DNA from: Antechinus flavipes
Lineage: Eukaryota
Assembly (NCBI RefSeq): GCF_016432865.1
Contig: NC_067400.1
Span: 246,202,001-246,266,000 of the forward strand
DNA length: 64,000 bases
Direction of reading: 5' to 3'
Shown here: piece by piece, positions 1 through 11,285 of the stretch
How the letters are laid out: each line of letters begins with the position of its first letter
Position numbering within the stretch: position 1 is the first letter of the stretch
The notes under the pieces: generated by a model
What the model was told of the DNA's origin: nothing
The model's input: only the letters and a program-made list of their open reading frames with translations
The model's database searches: none
Made by a program: the position numbers and the translations under genes

Positions 1-1519
1 CTTTGGAAGAAATCCTAAGTTTAGCATTCTCTGTGGCACATAGTGAGCATCTAAAAAATGTTTATTGATTGAAATGTTAATTGACTGAACTAGTGTTTCA
101 GGAAGTGGAGGAAAAGCTACAAGTACTGCTGGTAACTGCTCATATCCCTCCTGTAGTTTATCTTAAAATTGTGGTGTGTGAATTTGTGCGTGTATGTGAT
201 TCCAAGCCCTTATTCTCCATTCAAAAAAAAAAAACATATATGTTTCTGTGGATTTAGTGACTTTTCAAGGGAAATTTCTTCAATAGACTCATTTCATTGA
301 ATCCTCCCAAATCCAAATGATTCATCAATCCTTTTCCAGGAGACATCTAATGAAAGTTATTTCAATGAAAAACTTATTCTTCTGGGAAATGATGTTTTCT
401 TTCTTTGACAGTTCTCAGTGGGAAAAGAATGATTTATTCTCTAGAATATGAAAAACGAAAAATCATTTTGTGAGGGGAAAGAACACCTATCAATTCAAAT
501 TCTCATACACAGAAACAACATAGGTAGCAATTGTACTTCATGGTAGCCATTTTAAAAAAACTTTAAGGGAGCTGATAAAATCTCCTGACTGTCTTTTAAG
601 CTTAGAAAACCCAGTAGCCTGCAAAGAAATGTCATAAGCTGTTATTAGCTGGAATCTTTTCTTGCAAATGGTCTGTAATTCTCTAGATGCTCTATACCTA
701 TACCAAGTCATAAATAGTACAGGTTATAGTTGGATCATCACTCTATATTCCCAAAATCTAGTTTCTGATGCTCCTTTTATTCATTTGCAAGATCACATTA
801 GAATGTCTGGCTGACATATGACAATTTGTTGAAAATAATTATCCTTTAGAATGAAATTTAGAGAGATTTAGTAACAGGAAGGGAGGAGTGATGTCCTTTG
901 CTTGTCCCAATCACTTTGACTTCATTTTTCTCATAATTGGTTAAAGTTTTTCTGAGATGCCCCCCAACCAGAGAACTATGTCTTACTTCTTTCCTCTCCA
1001 CTACACTCAATATCATTTAACAATATCTTCATCTGACATGGGCTCAGTTGTTTTCTCTCTGATATTTAAACTATCACATCTCAAGTTCCAGAATAGCATT
1101 TTCCCTGAACTCATTTGTCTAGTGGCTGTCTACCAATGCCAAAAATGTATGAGCCTACCCAATTTGAACTACCAGTACTTTTCAGTACTTCCACATTTAA
1201 AAAGTCCTTGACTATATTACAATCAGCAGCACCTACTCCTTCCTGAACTCCTTTTATTGTCTTTGAAAGTCTGACTCTAACATTCAAGAATAACTATCTC
1301 CCATGTGCCCAGTGATGTCCATGGCCAAAATTAATAGCTTCATCTGAATTTTCCTTCTTACTCTCCCATTGGCTCTTAAAAATTCTAGTTAATTGTTACT
1401 CCTGAGTAGATCTGACACTACATTTTTAACCAAATTGTTCATTTCCAGTGGCCTTTTAAACTTTTTTATTGTTTGGTGAAAGAGTAACTATTTCTAAGCT
1501 CTTGGGGCTTCAGAGTACT

Positions 1520-1745
1520 TCTCTCTGTGTGTGTCTCTCTCATTATCTCTGTCTACCTATCTCTCTGTCTCTGTCTCTGACTCTGTGAATGTGTCTCTGT
1601 TTCTCTCTCTCTCTATCACGGTGTGTGTGTCTCTGTCTCTGTCTTGTGTTTCTCTCTTTTTGTCACAATGCCCATGTCTTTTTCTTTGCCTCTGTTTGTC
1701 TCTCTATCTGTGTGTTTCTTGTCCTCTCCCCTCCCATTCATTGTC
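1520..1745. repeat. Degenerate (TC)n/(TG)n pyrimidine-rich tract
   Basis: ctctgtctct/gtgtgtctct runs; homologous tracts at about 5400-5560, 10050-10200, 14730-14872, 27295-27440 and 45450-45600. Confidence 0.85.
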
Positions 1746-3055
1746 ACATCTTCAAACATTGCCAGAATTCTCTCTTGAATTTTATTACCATACCATGAAC
1801 TATCAGATTAAACAATTTCAATTTGATGGCTCCTACATATTTCAAAACCCTCAATTCTACAATAAACCTCCTCATTTTGTTTCTTCAAAGAAACTTATCT
1901 ATCCAAAATTTCTCTACAGTTTTCAAGGAAACTACCATCAATCTAGGAAATCAAATTCTGAGACTTGGGGAAGGTCTTAACTTCTCATGTTTATCATCCA
2001 ATCAGTTGGCAAAACTAATTCTTTCTACCTTCCCAACATTTCTGGAATTCAAATATTTCCTTCTAATATGGTCTTCACTTTAGATCACCCTATTCCACAA
2101 GATGCTTGTATTAATCTTCCTGGCTCAATCTTCTCACTCAGATCCATCCTATGATTACTTGATCTCTAACCACCCAAAATTCCAAATCATTGCACCAATA
2201 ATCTTATAAACTATAATTGCTTTCTATTTTGGGATTTGGGATTTCACCTGCTTCATCAGCTCTTTCTTACCTTTCCATTCTCAATACACTTGATTCTCCC
2301 TGTCTACCATTCCAAGAATCCCTTACTCTTTCTTCTTGCCACATCTTACTTTCCCTGGTTCAAGAGTGTGTTTTCAGATTTAATCCCATCTGTGGCATAT
2401 GATCTATTCCCACTAACCAAGTGGCTTGTGCCTTTGTCTTTGAAATTCCCCATCAGCTGTCCATTTTGGGGGCAGGTATTTTAGTGTTTTCATGTTTTCA
2501 GTCCTTCACCTTTATTCATACATGAGGAGAGGGAATCTGTTGGTATTTCTTTGTATCTCCAGACCTGAGTACGATGGACACAGAATGTAAACATTGGAGA
2601 GGGGGTTTGAATTTTATTGTTTCTGGAAGGGTTGTTTGATTCTCTAATTGCATACATTTTTTTTTTCTCCACAATTATCTAAACTCCAATCTAAAACTTC
2701 TTGTGACTTCATATTCAAATAGCATTGATCAAAAGAAACAGAATTCAAAAGCACACTTAAGTAATCAGAAGACCAGGCCATCAAGCTGCAAAATAAGGAC
2801 AATATCCTTTTGAGGGGTCTGCCATGCAGACTGAATAGATCACCAGATCACATTAATCACGTGTGCTTTGCAGCATTACAATTATTTCTCAGGACAGGAA
2901 TTCAAACCATGTTGGAATCTTCATGGAGAAAAAAGTAAATGAAGAAAAAACATCCTAATTGAGCTGGAGAAATTCTTCTCAGGCAACAATGACAAGAATG
3001 TGATTTTGCTCTTGTAAGTTCATTAAAGGGAATGATGCAGGGCTAGAATGAAGCT

Positions 3056-3084
3056 GCCACACCTCCTGCAGAAAGGGTATAAAA
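3056..3084 (+). promoter_or_regulatory. Core promoter, copy 1 (GCCACACCTCC + TATAAAA)
   Basis: Motif 3056-3066, TATAAAA 3078-3084; same arrangement in all 10 copies. Confidence 0.85.
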
Positions 3085-3162
3085 GTTCCCCTGAAAATGT
3101 TCCCCTACACACTCACCCAAAACAAACCCTGACATTCTTCCAAATCTGTGAAACTTGACACC

Positions 3163-3390
3163 ATGAGCTACTACGGCAGCTACTATGGAGGCCTGGGCTA
3201 TGGCTATGGCTCTGGTTATGGCTATGGATGTGGCAGCTACCGTGGCCTAGGCTATGGCTTTGGAGGCTGTGGCTGTGGAAGCCTGGGCTATGGTGGTTAT
3301 GGCTATGGAGGCCTGGGCTATGGTAGCTATGGCTATGGCTGCTGCCGCCCATCTTGCTGTGGAAGGTATTATTCTTATGGCTTCTACTGA
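3163..3390 (+). CDS. KRTAP19/20-like: High-glycine/tyrosine keratin-associated protein, copy 1 (75 aa)
   Basis: [14 protein letters not shown]...[17 protein letters not shown]; ATG in gacaccATG context; upstream TATAAAA and downstream AATAAA; single exon. Exact family number is uncertain. Confidence 0.95.
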   Translation: MSYYGSYYGGLGYGYGSGYGYGCGSYRGLGYGFGGCGCGSLGYGGYGYGGLGYGSYGYGCCRPSCCGRYYSYGFY

Positions 3391-3677
3391 AAAAACACCT
3401 GCTCCTGCAGTATCCTAGAATTCTTGTCCAAGCCAGCTTGACTTGGAAGGACATGATATTCTATCTACAACTGCGTGACATAGGAGAGCATCTTGGAATC
3501 CTTATGGACCACTCAAGATAAGGAAGTGGCAGGGACTGAGATGCAGTCAGATCCACCCTTCTGGAATGAAGCAGAATCTCAACATTTCATGAGGGAAATC
3601 CCTCCAATAGCAACTCATTTCCAGCAAGTTTGCTCAGCTCTGATATACCATGGCTGATGAATCTGTTGGGATTTTCA

Positions 3678-3683
3678 AATAAA
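3678..3683 (+). terminator. PolyA signal, copy 1
   Basis: AATAAA about 290 nt after the stop codon; positionally conserved in all copies. Confidence 0.8.
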
Positions 3684-5024
3684 GTTGTTTCACTGACTTA
3701 ACAAAACTGTTTCCACCTCTTTTCATTGACCTCTTTTTACATGGGTTTCAGTCTAACATGGGGAGAGATTTCAATCTTGACTTAAGTTTGTGTGTTAGTG
3801 CAAAATATTTGGTCTCCAATTCATCTGCTACAATGAAGGAATATATAGATTTTTATTTAAAAATATTTTTCTTTGTTGAATCCCTTTCTCAAATTTCTGT
3901 AGTGTGTCAATTTTAGTACTTCATAATACCCAGATCTTCACTATACTGACGCCTTGGACTGTATTTTTTTAAGCTATAGCCCTTCTCCCAAGTCTGTGTG
4001 CCCATTGACAGGGTTTTTGTCCAAGCTTTCTCAAAGATGCACATGTTCATTGCGTCATGCTCATAGTCTAGCATTTCCATATACAAAAGGTCCTCATTGA
4101 CTGTCAAGATGTGGCTTGACCAGATAACCTCTCATTGTTTCCCACTACTTTCTTATAACTCAATTGCACATTTTAGAGCACTGCACAAGTGAATACTGCA
4201 CCACAAACTCTTCAGAAAAAAGACATAAACTAAGTCTGAAGATTGTCATTCCTTCTCCTCAACTAGACAGCCAGTCTGGAAGGGCCTAACAAAAGGCCCT
4301 TCAGTCCATGGGGTAAGTGGACCAATTTTTAAAGAATGTTTCTTAAAGCCCTCAAATACCTGAACTCAAACTTCCAGAGAAAGAGACTATCTGATTTATT
4401 GCTCCATAGCTAAACTTTGGACATTTCGTCACCACAATCATGTTTCTCAGATGATACCTTGGTCAGAATGTGATAGCCTCTATGAGGCAAATAAGAGGAG
4501 CTTAATAAATTTTCATTGAATATGTTTATAGATTGAACTAGTATTTTGTGCAGTGGAGGAAACAATACAAGAGCTTCAACCAATGGATTTTCATGTCTCC
4601 TGCAGTTTATTTTTAAATAAATATGTATTAGTGTATATATCACATCTAGTCCTTTTTCTCTTTTCTACAAAAAGTATATGTGTTTCTAGAGATTGACTTT
4701 TTCAACAGAAATGCTCTCAGGAGGTTCACTCCCTTCAATTCTTCCCAAAACATATCTCCATATGATTTATCAATCCTTTTCCTAGTGACATCCTATAAAG
4801 TTCACTTCATTGAAAACTAATCTCTCAGGCACTTTTTCACAACTTTCAAAGAAAAAAAAAGAATTTCATTCATTCATTCAGCAAGGATGAAAATCAATTT
4901 TAAGAGCTAAAAAGTCATTTCTAGAGCCAAGTTCTCCAAACTAGGAACAAATGAAAAATATCTAATACCGCTCCTTTACAATGACTATTAAAAAAAAAAA
5001 AAAAAAAAAAACCTTAAAAGAACT

Positions 5025-5160
5025 GGCACAGTGAAGAGAACTCTAGCCCTGAAGTCAGCAGGATTTGAGTTCACATCTAAGCTCAGACATTGCACACTTA
5101 CTGTGTGACCTTGGGCAAGTTACTTAACTCAATCGCCTTGCTCCCCTTCCCCAAAAAAAT
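5025..5160 (+). mobile_element. tRNA-derived core SINE (WSINE1/Mar-like), 5'-truncated
   Basis: cagtgaagag...gagttc...tcagaca...ctgtgtgaccttgggcaagttacttaa...A-tail. Confidence 0.75.
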
Positions 5161-5584
5161 CCTAGATATCTGGTTTTTAAAACTAACATCCAAGAGAAAT
5201 TGCTCTCTCCAAAGTATCCAGTGATTTTGACATGGCCAAAACTAGTAGTTTCTTCTGAGTCTTCCTTTGGGGTTTCCTTTTGTCTCTTTAAAATTGGCTA
5301 ATTGATATTCTTGCATATACTTGACATTGCTCCTCTTACCTGATAATGTATTTCTAGTGGTATAAGTAGGACCTCTTATTGTCTTGTTATGTAATGCCTA
5401 TAAGATCAACCTAAGTTTCTCTCTCTTTTCTTTTCTCTCCACTGAGTTTGCAATCTACCTCTCCTTCTTCCTTTTTCCGTGTCCCTGTCCCTGTCCCTCT
5501 CCCTTTTTTCCCTATCCTTGTCACTGTCCCTTTCCATCTCTCCCTCCCTCCCTTTCCACCTTCCATATATCTGGAATCTAAACA

Positions 5585-6550
5585 CCTCTTTTTAAAAATA
5601 TTTTATTTAAAGTTTTGACTTCCAAATTCTATTTTTTCTCTCTCCCCTAAAACCTTCTTGGGTAAGGAAGCAATCAGATATGGATTATACATGAACAATT
5701 ATGTAAAATATTTCCATATAAGCCAGTTTGTATATGAAGACTTAAATAAAAGAAAAAAATGAAAAAAGTTTTTAAAATAGCCTGCTTTGATCAATATTCA
5801 AACAATATCACTTCTTTTTGCTTCCTCATTAGTCCTTTGGGATTGTCTTGAATTATTGTTTTGCTGAAAAAAAGAAATATACAATTCTTCATCAAACAAT
5901 ATTGTTGTTACTGTATAAAATGTTCCCTTCTGTGCACTATGCATCAGTTCATATATGTATAGATTTTTTCTGAAATAATTCTGCTTGTCAATTGTTATAG
6001 TGCAATAATATTCCATTTCAATAATATCATAGATTGTTTATCTTTTACCCAATTGATGAGAAACTCTTAATTTCCAAGTTTTATCCACCATAAAAGGAAC
6101 TACTAAAATTATTTTCTTAAAAATAGGTTCTTTCACTTGGTTCTTCTCAGTAACTCAGTGATTCAAAGCAATTCCAAAAGATTTTGGACAGAAAATTCAA
6201 TTTACATCCAGAAAAAGAACTATGGAGATTGAATGTCAATCAACACATACTATGTCAATTTCTTTTTTCTGTTTTTCTTCCTGTCCCATGCTTTTTTCCC
6301 TTTTGTTCTGACTTTTCTCTCCCAACATGATTCATAAAGCAATGTGCATTAAAATAAATAAATATTTTAAATGGGTTCTTCCCCCCCCTTTTTTTAATAT
6401 TGATCCTCCTTTTTAGTAGTGTTATTACTAGATCACAGATCATGCAAAACTTTATAATACTTTGGGCATAATTCCAAATTGCTCTCCAAAATCAATGAAT
6501 CAATTGACAACTCCCCAAAGAGTATATTAAATGTCTCAGTTTTCCCACAT
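5585..6550 (-). mobile_element. Old L1 3' region with a nested plus-strand L1 3' end (about 6150-6370)
   Basis: Antisense L1-type 3'UTR sequence; the nested piece is flanked by a degenerate aaat(a/g)ggttctt TSD; paralogous copy at 10225-11285. Confidence 0.65.
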
Positions 6551-6976
6551 GCCAACAAGTTTGTGACAAGTGTCCTCTTGATTTCATGTTTTCATTGTCA
6601 AAGGAACTTTGGAGCCACCTGAAGGATTCTGGTAACTTTTGTTTGTAGCCATTTGTAAATCTGAATACAAGGGCTGATAAGAGCAAACATAAAGGAGGTA
6701 AATTGTGTTTTAGTGCTCTTGAAATGGTTGCTTAATTCACTAATTCCATATATTTTTTTTCCTAAGAATCAATCTGAACATCAATCCAAAATTTGCTGCC
6801 ACTTCATTGTCAAACAAATCTGATCAAAAGGAGAAGAACTCAAAAGCATGGCTAAAGAATCAAAAGGGCAGGCCATTAAGCTGTGAAATAAGGACAATGT
6901 TCCAAGAGAGGCTGCTTCTAAAACTGTTTATGCTAGCAGCCACATTAACAACATAGGCTTTAGAAACATTACAATT

Positions 6977-7649
6977 TAAGAAATGACCAGCAGGATGAAT
7001 ATAGAGAGGACTGGAGAGACTTACATGAACTGATACTAAGTGAAATGAGCAGAACCAGGAGATCATTATATACCTCAACAATGATACTGTATGAGGATGT
7101 ATTCTGATGGAAGTGGATTTCTTCGACAAAGAGATCTAACTCAGTTTCAATTGATCAAGGATGGACAGAAGCAGCTACACCCAAAGAAAGAACACTGGGA
7201 AATGAATATAAACTGTTTGCATTTTTGTTTTTCTTCCCAGGTTATTTATACCTTCTGAAGTCTTTAAGTCTTTAAGTCTTCATATACAAACTGGCTTATA
7301 TGGAAATATTTTACATAATTGTTCATGTATAATCCATATCTGATTGCTTCCTTACCCAAGAAGGTTTTAGGGGAGAGAGAAAAAATAGAATTTGGAAGTC
7401 AAAACTTTAAATAAAATAAATTCTCCCTGTACAACAAGAGAACTGTTCGGTTCTGCACATATATATTGCATCTAGAATATACTGTAACCTGTTTAACATG
7501 TATAGGACTGATTGCCATCTGGGGGAGGGAGTTGAGGGAGGGAGGAGGGAAATCGGAACAGAAGTGAGTGCAAGGGATAATGTTGTAAAAAAAATTACCC
7601 AGGCATGGGTTCTGTCAATAAAAAGTTATTTAAAAAAAAAAAAAAAGAA
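6977..7649 (+). mobile_element. Young 5'-truncated L1 inserted in the copy 2 promoter
   Basis: ORF2 C-terminus (aatgaccagcaggatgaa...), 3'UTR and polyA; 15-bp TSD agaaacattacaatt at 6962-6976 and 7650-7664. Confidence 0.92.
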
Positions 7650-7834
7650 AGAAACATTACAATTATTTCTCAGGATAGGAATTCAATCCTTGTTGGAGTT
7701 TTTTGTAGAGAAAAAGCAAATCAAGAGAAAACATTCTAATTGAGCTAGAGAAATTCTTTTCAGGTAACAATGACAAGAATGTAATTGCCCTTGCAAGTTC
7801 ATTAAAGGGAATGATGCAGGTTTGGAATGAAGTT

Positions 7835-7862
7835 GCCACACCTCCTGCAGGAAGGTATAAAA
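7835..7862 (+). promoter_or_regulatory. Core promoter, copy 2
   Basis: GCCACACCTCC at 7835; TATAAAA 7856-7862. Confidence 0.85.
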
Positions 7863-7938
7863 ATCCCAGTGCACATGGCTCCCACACATTCATACAAACT
7901 AAACTCTGAATCCTTCCAAATCTGTGAAACTTGACACC

Positions 7939-8166
7939 ATGAGCTACTACGGCAGCTACTATGGAGGCCTGGGCTATGGCTATGGCTCTGGTTATGGCTG
8001 TGGATGTGGCAGCTATCGTGGCCTAGGCTATGGCTTTGGAGGCTGTGGCTGTGGAAGCCTGGGCTATGGTGGTTATGGCTATGGAGGCCTGGGCTATGGT
8101 GGCTATGGCTATGGCTGCTGCCGCCCATCTTGCTGTGGAAGATATTCTTCCTATGGCTTCTACTGA
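7939..8166 (+). CDS. KRTAP19/20-like: HGT keratin-associated protein, copy 2 (75 aa)
   Basis: MSYYGSYY...[16 protein letters not shown]; 6 nt differences from the copy 1 CDS by eye. Confidence 0.95.
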   Translation: MSYYGSYYGGLGYGYGSGYGCGCGSYRGLGYGFGGCGCGSLGYGGYGYGGLGYGGYGYGCCRPSCCGRYSSYGFY

Positions 8167-8470
8167 AAGAATATCTGCTCCTGCAGGATCATGGAATCCT
8201 TGTCCAAACCAGCTTGAAGTGAACTCCATGACTTTGGAAGGACATAATATTCTATGTACAGCTACGTGACATAGGAGAGCATCTTGGAATCCTTATGGAC
8301 CACTCAAGATAGTGAAGTGGCAGAGACTGAGATGCAGTCAGACCCACCCTTCTGGAATTGAAGCAGAATCTCACATTTCATGAGAGAAATCCCTCCAATA
8401 GCAATTCATTTCCAGCAAGTTTGCTCAGCTCTGATATATACCATGGCTGATGAATCTGTTGGGATTTTCA

Positions 8471-8476
8471 AATAAA
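8471..8476 (+). terminator. PolyA signal, copy 2
   Basis: AATAAA at the homologous position. Confidence 0.8.
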
Positions 8477-9656
8477 GTTGTTTCACTGACTTAACAAAAT
8501 TGTTTCCACCTCTTTTCATTGACCTCTTTTTACATGGGTTTCAGTCTAACATGGGGAGAGATTTCAATCTTGACTTAAGTTTGTGTGTTAGTGCAAAATA
8601 TTTGGTCTCCAATTCATCTGCTACAATGAAGGAATATCCAGATTTTTGTTTTAAAATATTTTTCTTTGTTGAATCCCTTTCTCAAATTTCTGTAGTATGT
8701 CAATTTTAGTACTTCATAATATGCAGGCCTTCCCTATACTAATGGCTTGGCATGTATTTTTTTAAGCTATAGCCCTTCTCCCAAGTTTGTGTGCACATTG
8801 ACAGGATTTTTGTCCAAGTTTTCTCAAAGATGCACATGTTCATTGTGTCATGTTCATAGTCTAGCATTTCCATATACAAAAGGTCTCCATTGACTGTCAA
8901 GATGTGGATTGAGCAGATGACCTCTCATTGTTTCCCTACTTTCTTATCACTCACCAATTGGAAATTCCCTGCACAAGTGAATACCACATCACAAAATCTT
9001 CAGAAGAAAGACATAAACTAAGTCTGAAATTTGTGATATCTTCTGATGAGTTCCATCTCCTCAACTATACAGCCAGTCTGGAAGGGCCTAACAAAAGGGA
9101 AATAGGAGGAGTTTAATAAATCTTTGTCTGTTGAAATGTTTATAGATTGAACTAGTATTTTATGCAGTGGAGGAAACACTACAAGTACAACAACCAATGA
9201 ATTTTCATGCCTCCTGTAGTTTATTTTTAAGTACATGTGTTATCAGTATATATGTAATGCCTAGCCCCTTTTTCTCTTTTCTGTAAAAAGCATGAAGGTT
9301 TCTGGAGCTAAACTGGCTTTTTCAACAGAAAGGCTTTCAAGAGATTCACTCCCTTCAATTTTTTTCAAATCATAGCTACAAATAATTCATCAATCCTTTG
9401 CTGATGACATCCTCTAAAGTTCTCTTCATTGGAAACTAATCTTTTGGCACTTTTTAACAGCATTCCAAGGAAAAAAATAGTTTCATTCACTCATTCATTA
9501 AGAATGAAAATCAGTTTTAAGAGCTAAAAGAACATTTCTAGAGCCAAGTTTTCCAAACTAGGAACAAATGAAAAACACCTAATACCTCTTCTTTACAATG
9601 CCAAAAAAAAAAAAAAAAACAAACAAACAAAAAAAAAAAAAAAAAAACTTAAGAGC

Positions 9657-9790
9657 TGAGACAGTGAATAGAACACTATCCCTGAAGTCAGCAGGATTTG
9701 AGTTCACATCTAAGCTCAGACATTTCACACTTACTGTGTGACCTTAGGCAAGTCCCTTAACCCAATGGCCTTACCCAAATTAAAAAAAAA
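9657..9790 (+). mobile_element. Core SINE (WSINE1/Mar-like), paralog of the 5025 copy
   Basis: Same sequence and same unit position as 5025-5160. Confidence 0.75.
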
Positions 9791-10224
9791 AGTCCTAGAT
9801 ATCTGGTTTTTAAAACTAAGATCCAAGAGAAATTACTCTCTCCAAAGTATCCAGTGGTTCCTTCATGGCCAAAATTAATAGTTTCTTCTGAGTCTTCCTT
9901 TTGGGTTTCCTTTTGTCTCTTTAAAACTGGCTAATTGATATTCTTGCATATACTTGACATTGCTCTTCTTACCTGATTATTTATTTCTAGTAATATAAGC
10001 AGGACCTCTTATTGTCTTCTTATATAATGCCTATAAGATCAACCTAAGTTTCTCTCTCTTTTCTTTTCTCTCCACTAAGTTCACAATTTACCTCTTCTTC
10101 TTCCTCTCTCCCTTGTCTCTGTCTCTGTCCTTCTCTTTTTTTTCTCCCTGTCCTTGTCCCTGTCCTTTTCCCTCTCTCTCTCCCTCCCTTTCTGCCTTCC
10201 ATGTCTCTGAAATCCAAACACTTC

Positions 10225-11285
10225 TTATTTTTAATTTTTTAAATATTTTATTTAAAGTTTTGATTTCCAAATTCTATCCTTTCTCTCTGCCCTAAAATCT
10301 TCTTGGGACAGGAAGCAATCAGATATGGATTATATATGAGCAATTATGTAAAATATTTCCATATAAACCAGTTTGTATATGAAGACATGAATAAAAGAAA
10401 AAATGAAAAAAAGTTTTTAAAATAGCCTGCTTTGGTCCACATTCAAACAATATCATTTCTTTTTGGTTCATCATTAATCCATGGGGATTGTTTTGGATAA
10501 TTGTTTTGCTGAAAATAACTAAGAAATTCACAGTTCTTCATCAAACAATATTGTTGTTACTGTATAAAATGTTCTTTTCATTCTGTTCACTATGCATCAG
10601 TTCGTATATGTATAGATTTTTCTGAAATCATCCTGCATGTCAATTCTTATAGTGCAATAATATTTCATTACAATAATATCACAATTTGTTTATCCATTCC
10701 CCAATTGATGGGAAAGCCTTAATTTCTAATTTTGGGCTCCACAAAAGGAACTATTAAAAATATTTTCTTAAAAATGGGTTCTTTCACTTTCTTCTCAGTG
10801 ATGCAAAGCAATCCCAAATGATTTTGGACAGAAAATTCAATTTACATCCAGAAAAAGAACTATGGAGATTTAATGTCAATCAACACATGCTATGTTAATT
10901 TCTTTTATTCTGTTTTTCTTTCTCTCTCATGTTTTTCCTTTTGTTCTGATTTTTCTCTCCCAACATGAATCATAAAGCAATGTGTATTAAAATAAATAAA
11001 TATTTTAAATGAGTTCTTTCACCCTTTTTTAATATTGATCCCCCAATTTAATTGTGTTATTATTGGTCAAAGGTTATGCAAAATTTTATAACACTTTGGG
11101 TAGAATCCCAAATTGTTCTCCAAAATCATTGAATCAATTGACAACTCTCCCAAGAGGGTATTAATGTCTAAGTTTTCCCACATGCTTTTCAACAGCCAAC
11201 AATTTCTATTTTTGTCATATTAGACAATTTGATATTATGATGTAGCACTACAGAATTCTTTTAATTTGCATTTTTTTCCAAATCA
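10225..11285 (-). mobile_element. Old L1 3' region with a nested plus-strand L1 end (about 10790-11005)
   Basis: Paralog of 5585-6550 but longer; nested TSD aaatg(g/a)gttctttcac. Confidence 0.65.

Noticed and set aside
1531-1980. 149-aa Ser/Leu/Val/Cys ORF, and similar ORFs at 27048, 45349, 14703 and 10113
   Set aside because: Translations of TC/TG microsatellite tracts
2690-3084. Canonical hair-keratin HK-1/LEF1 motif CTTTGAAGA in the promoters
   Set aside because: I did not see an exact match; only the near-match GATCAAAAG, reported as weak
3148-3162. In-frame upstream GTG start (KLDT-type extension) used by the ORF track in 7 copies
   Set aside because: Weak context (pyrimidine at -3). 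The downstream ATG has A at -3 and matches KRTAP N-termini. The GTG is absent in copies 5, 6 and 8.
3113-3454. Antisense His/Ser-rich ORFs ([10 protein letters not shown]...) over each gene
   Set aside because: Mirror of the GGC-TAT codon repeat; no promoter or polyA support on the minus strand
5025-5160. tRNA gene
   Set aside because: B-box-like sequence belongs to a truncated tRNA-derived SINE; no cloverleaf
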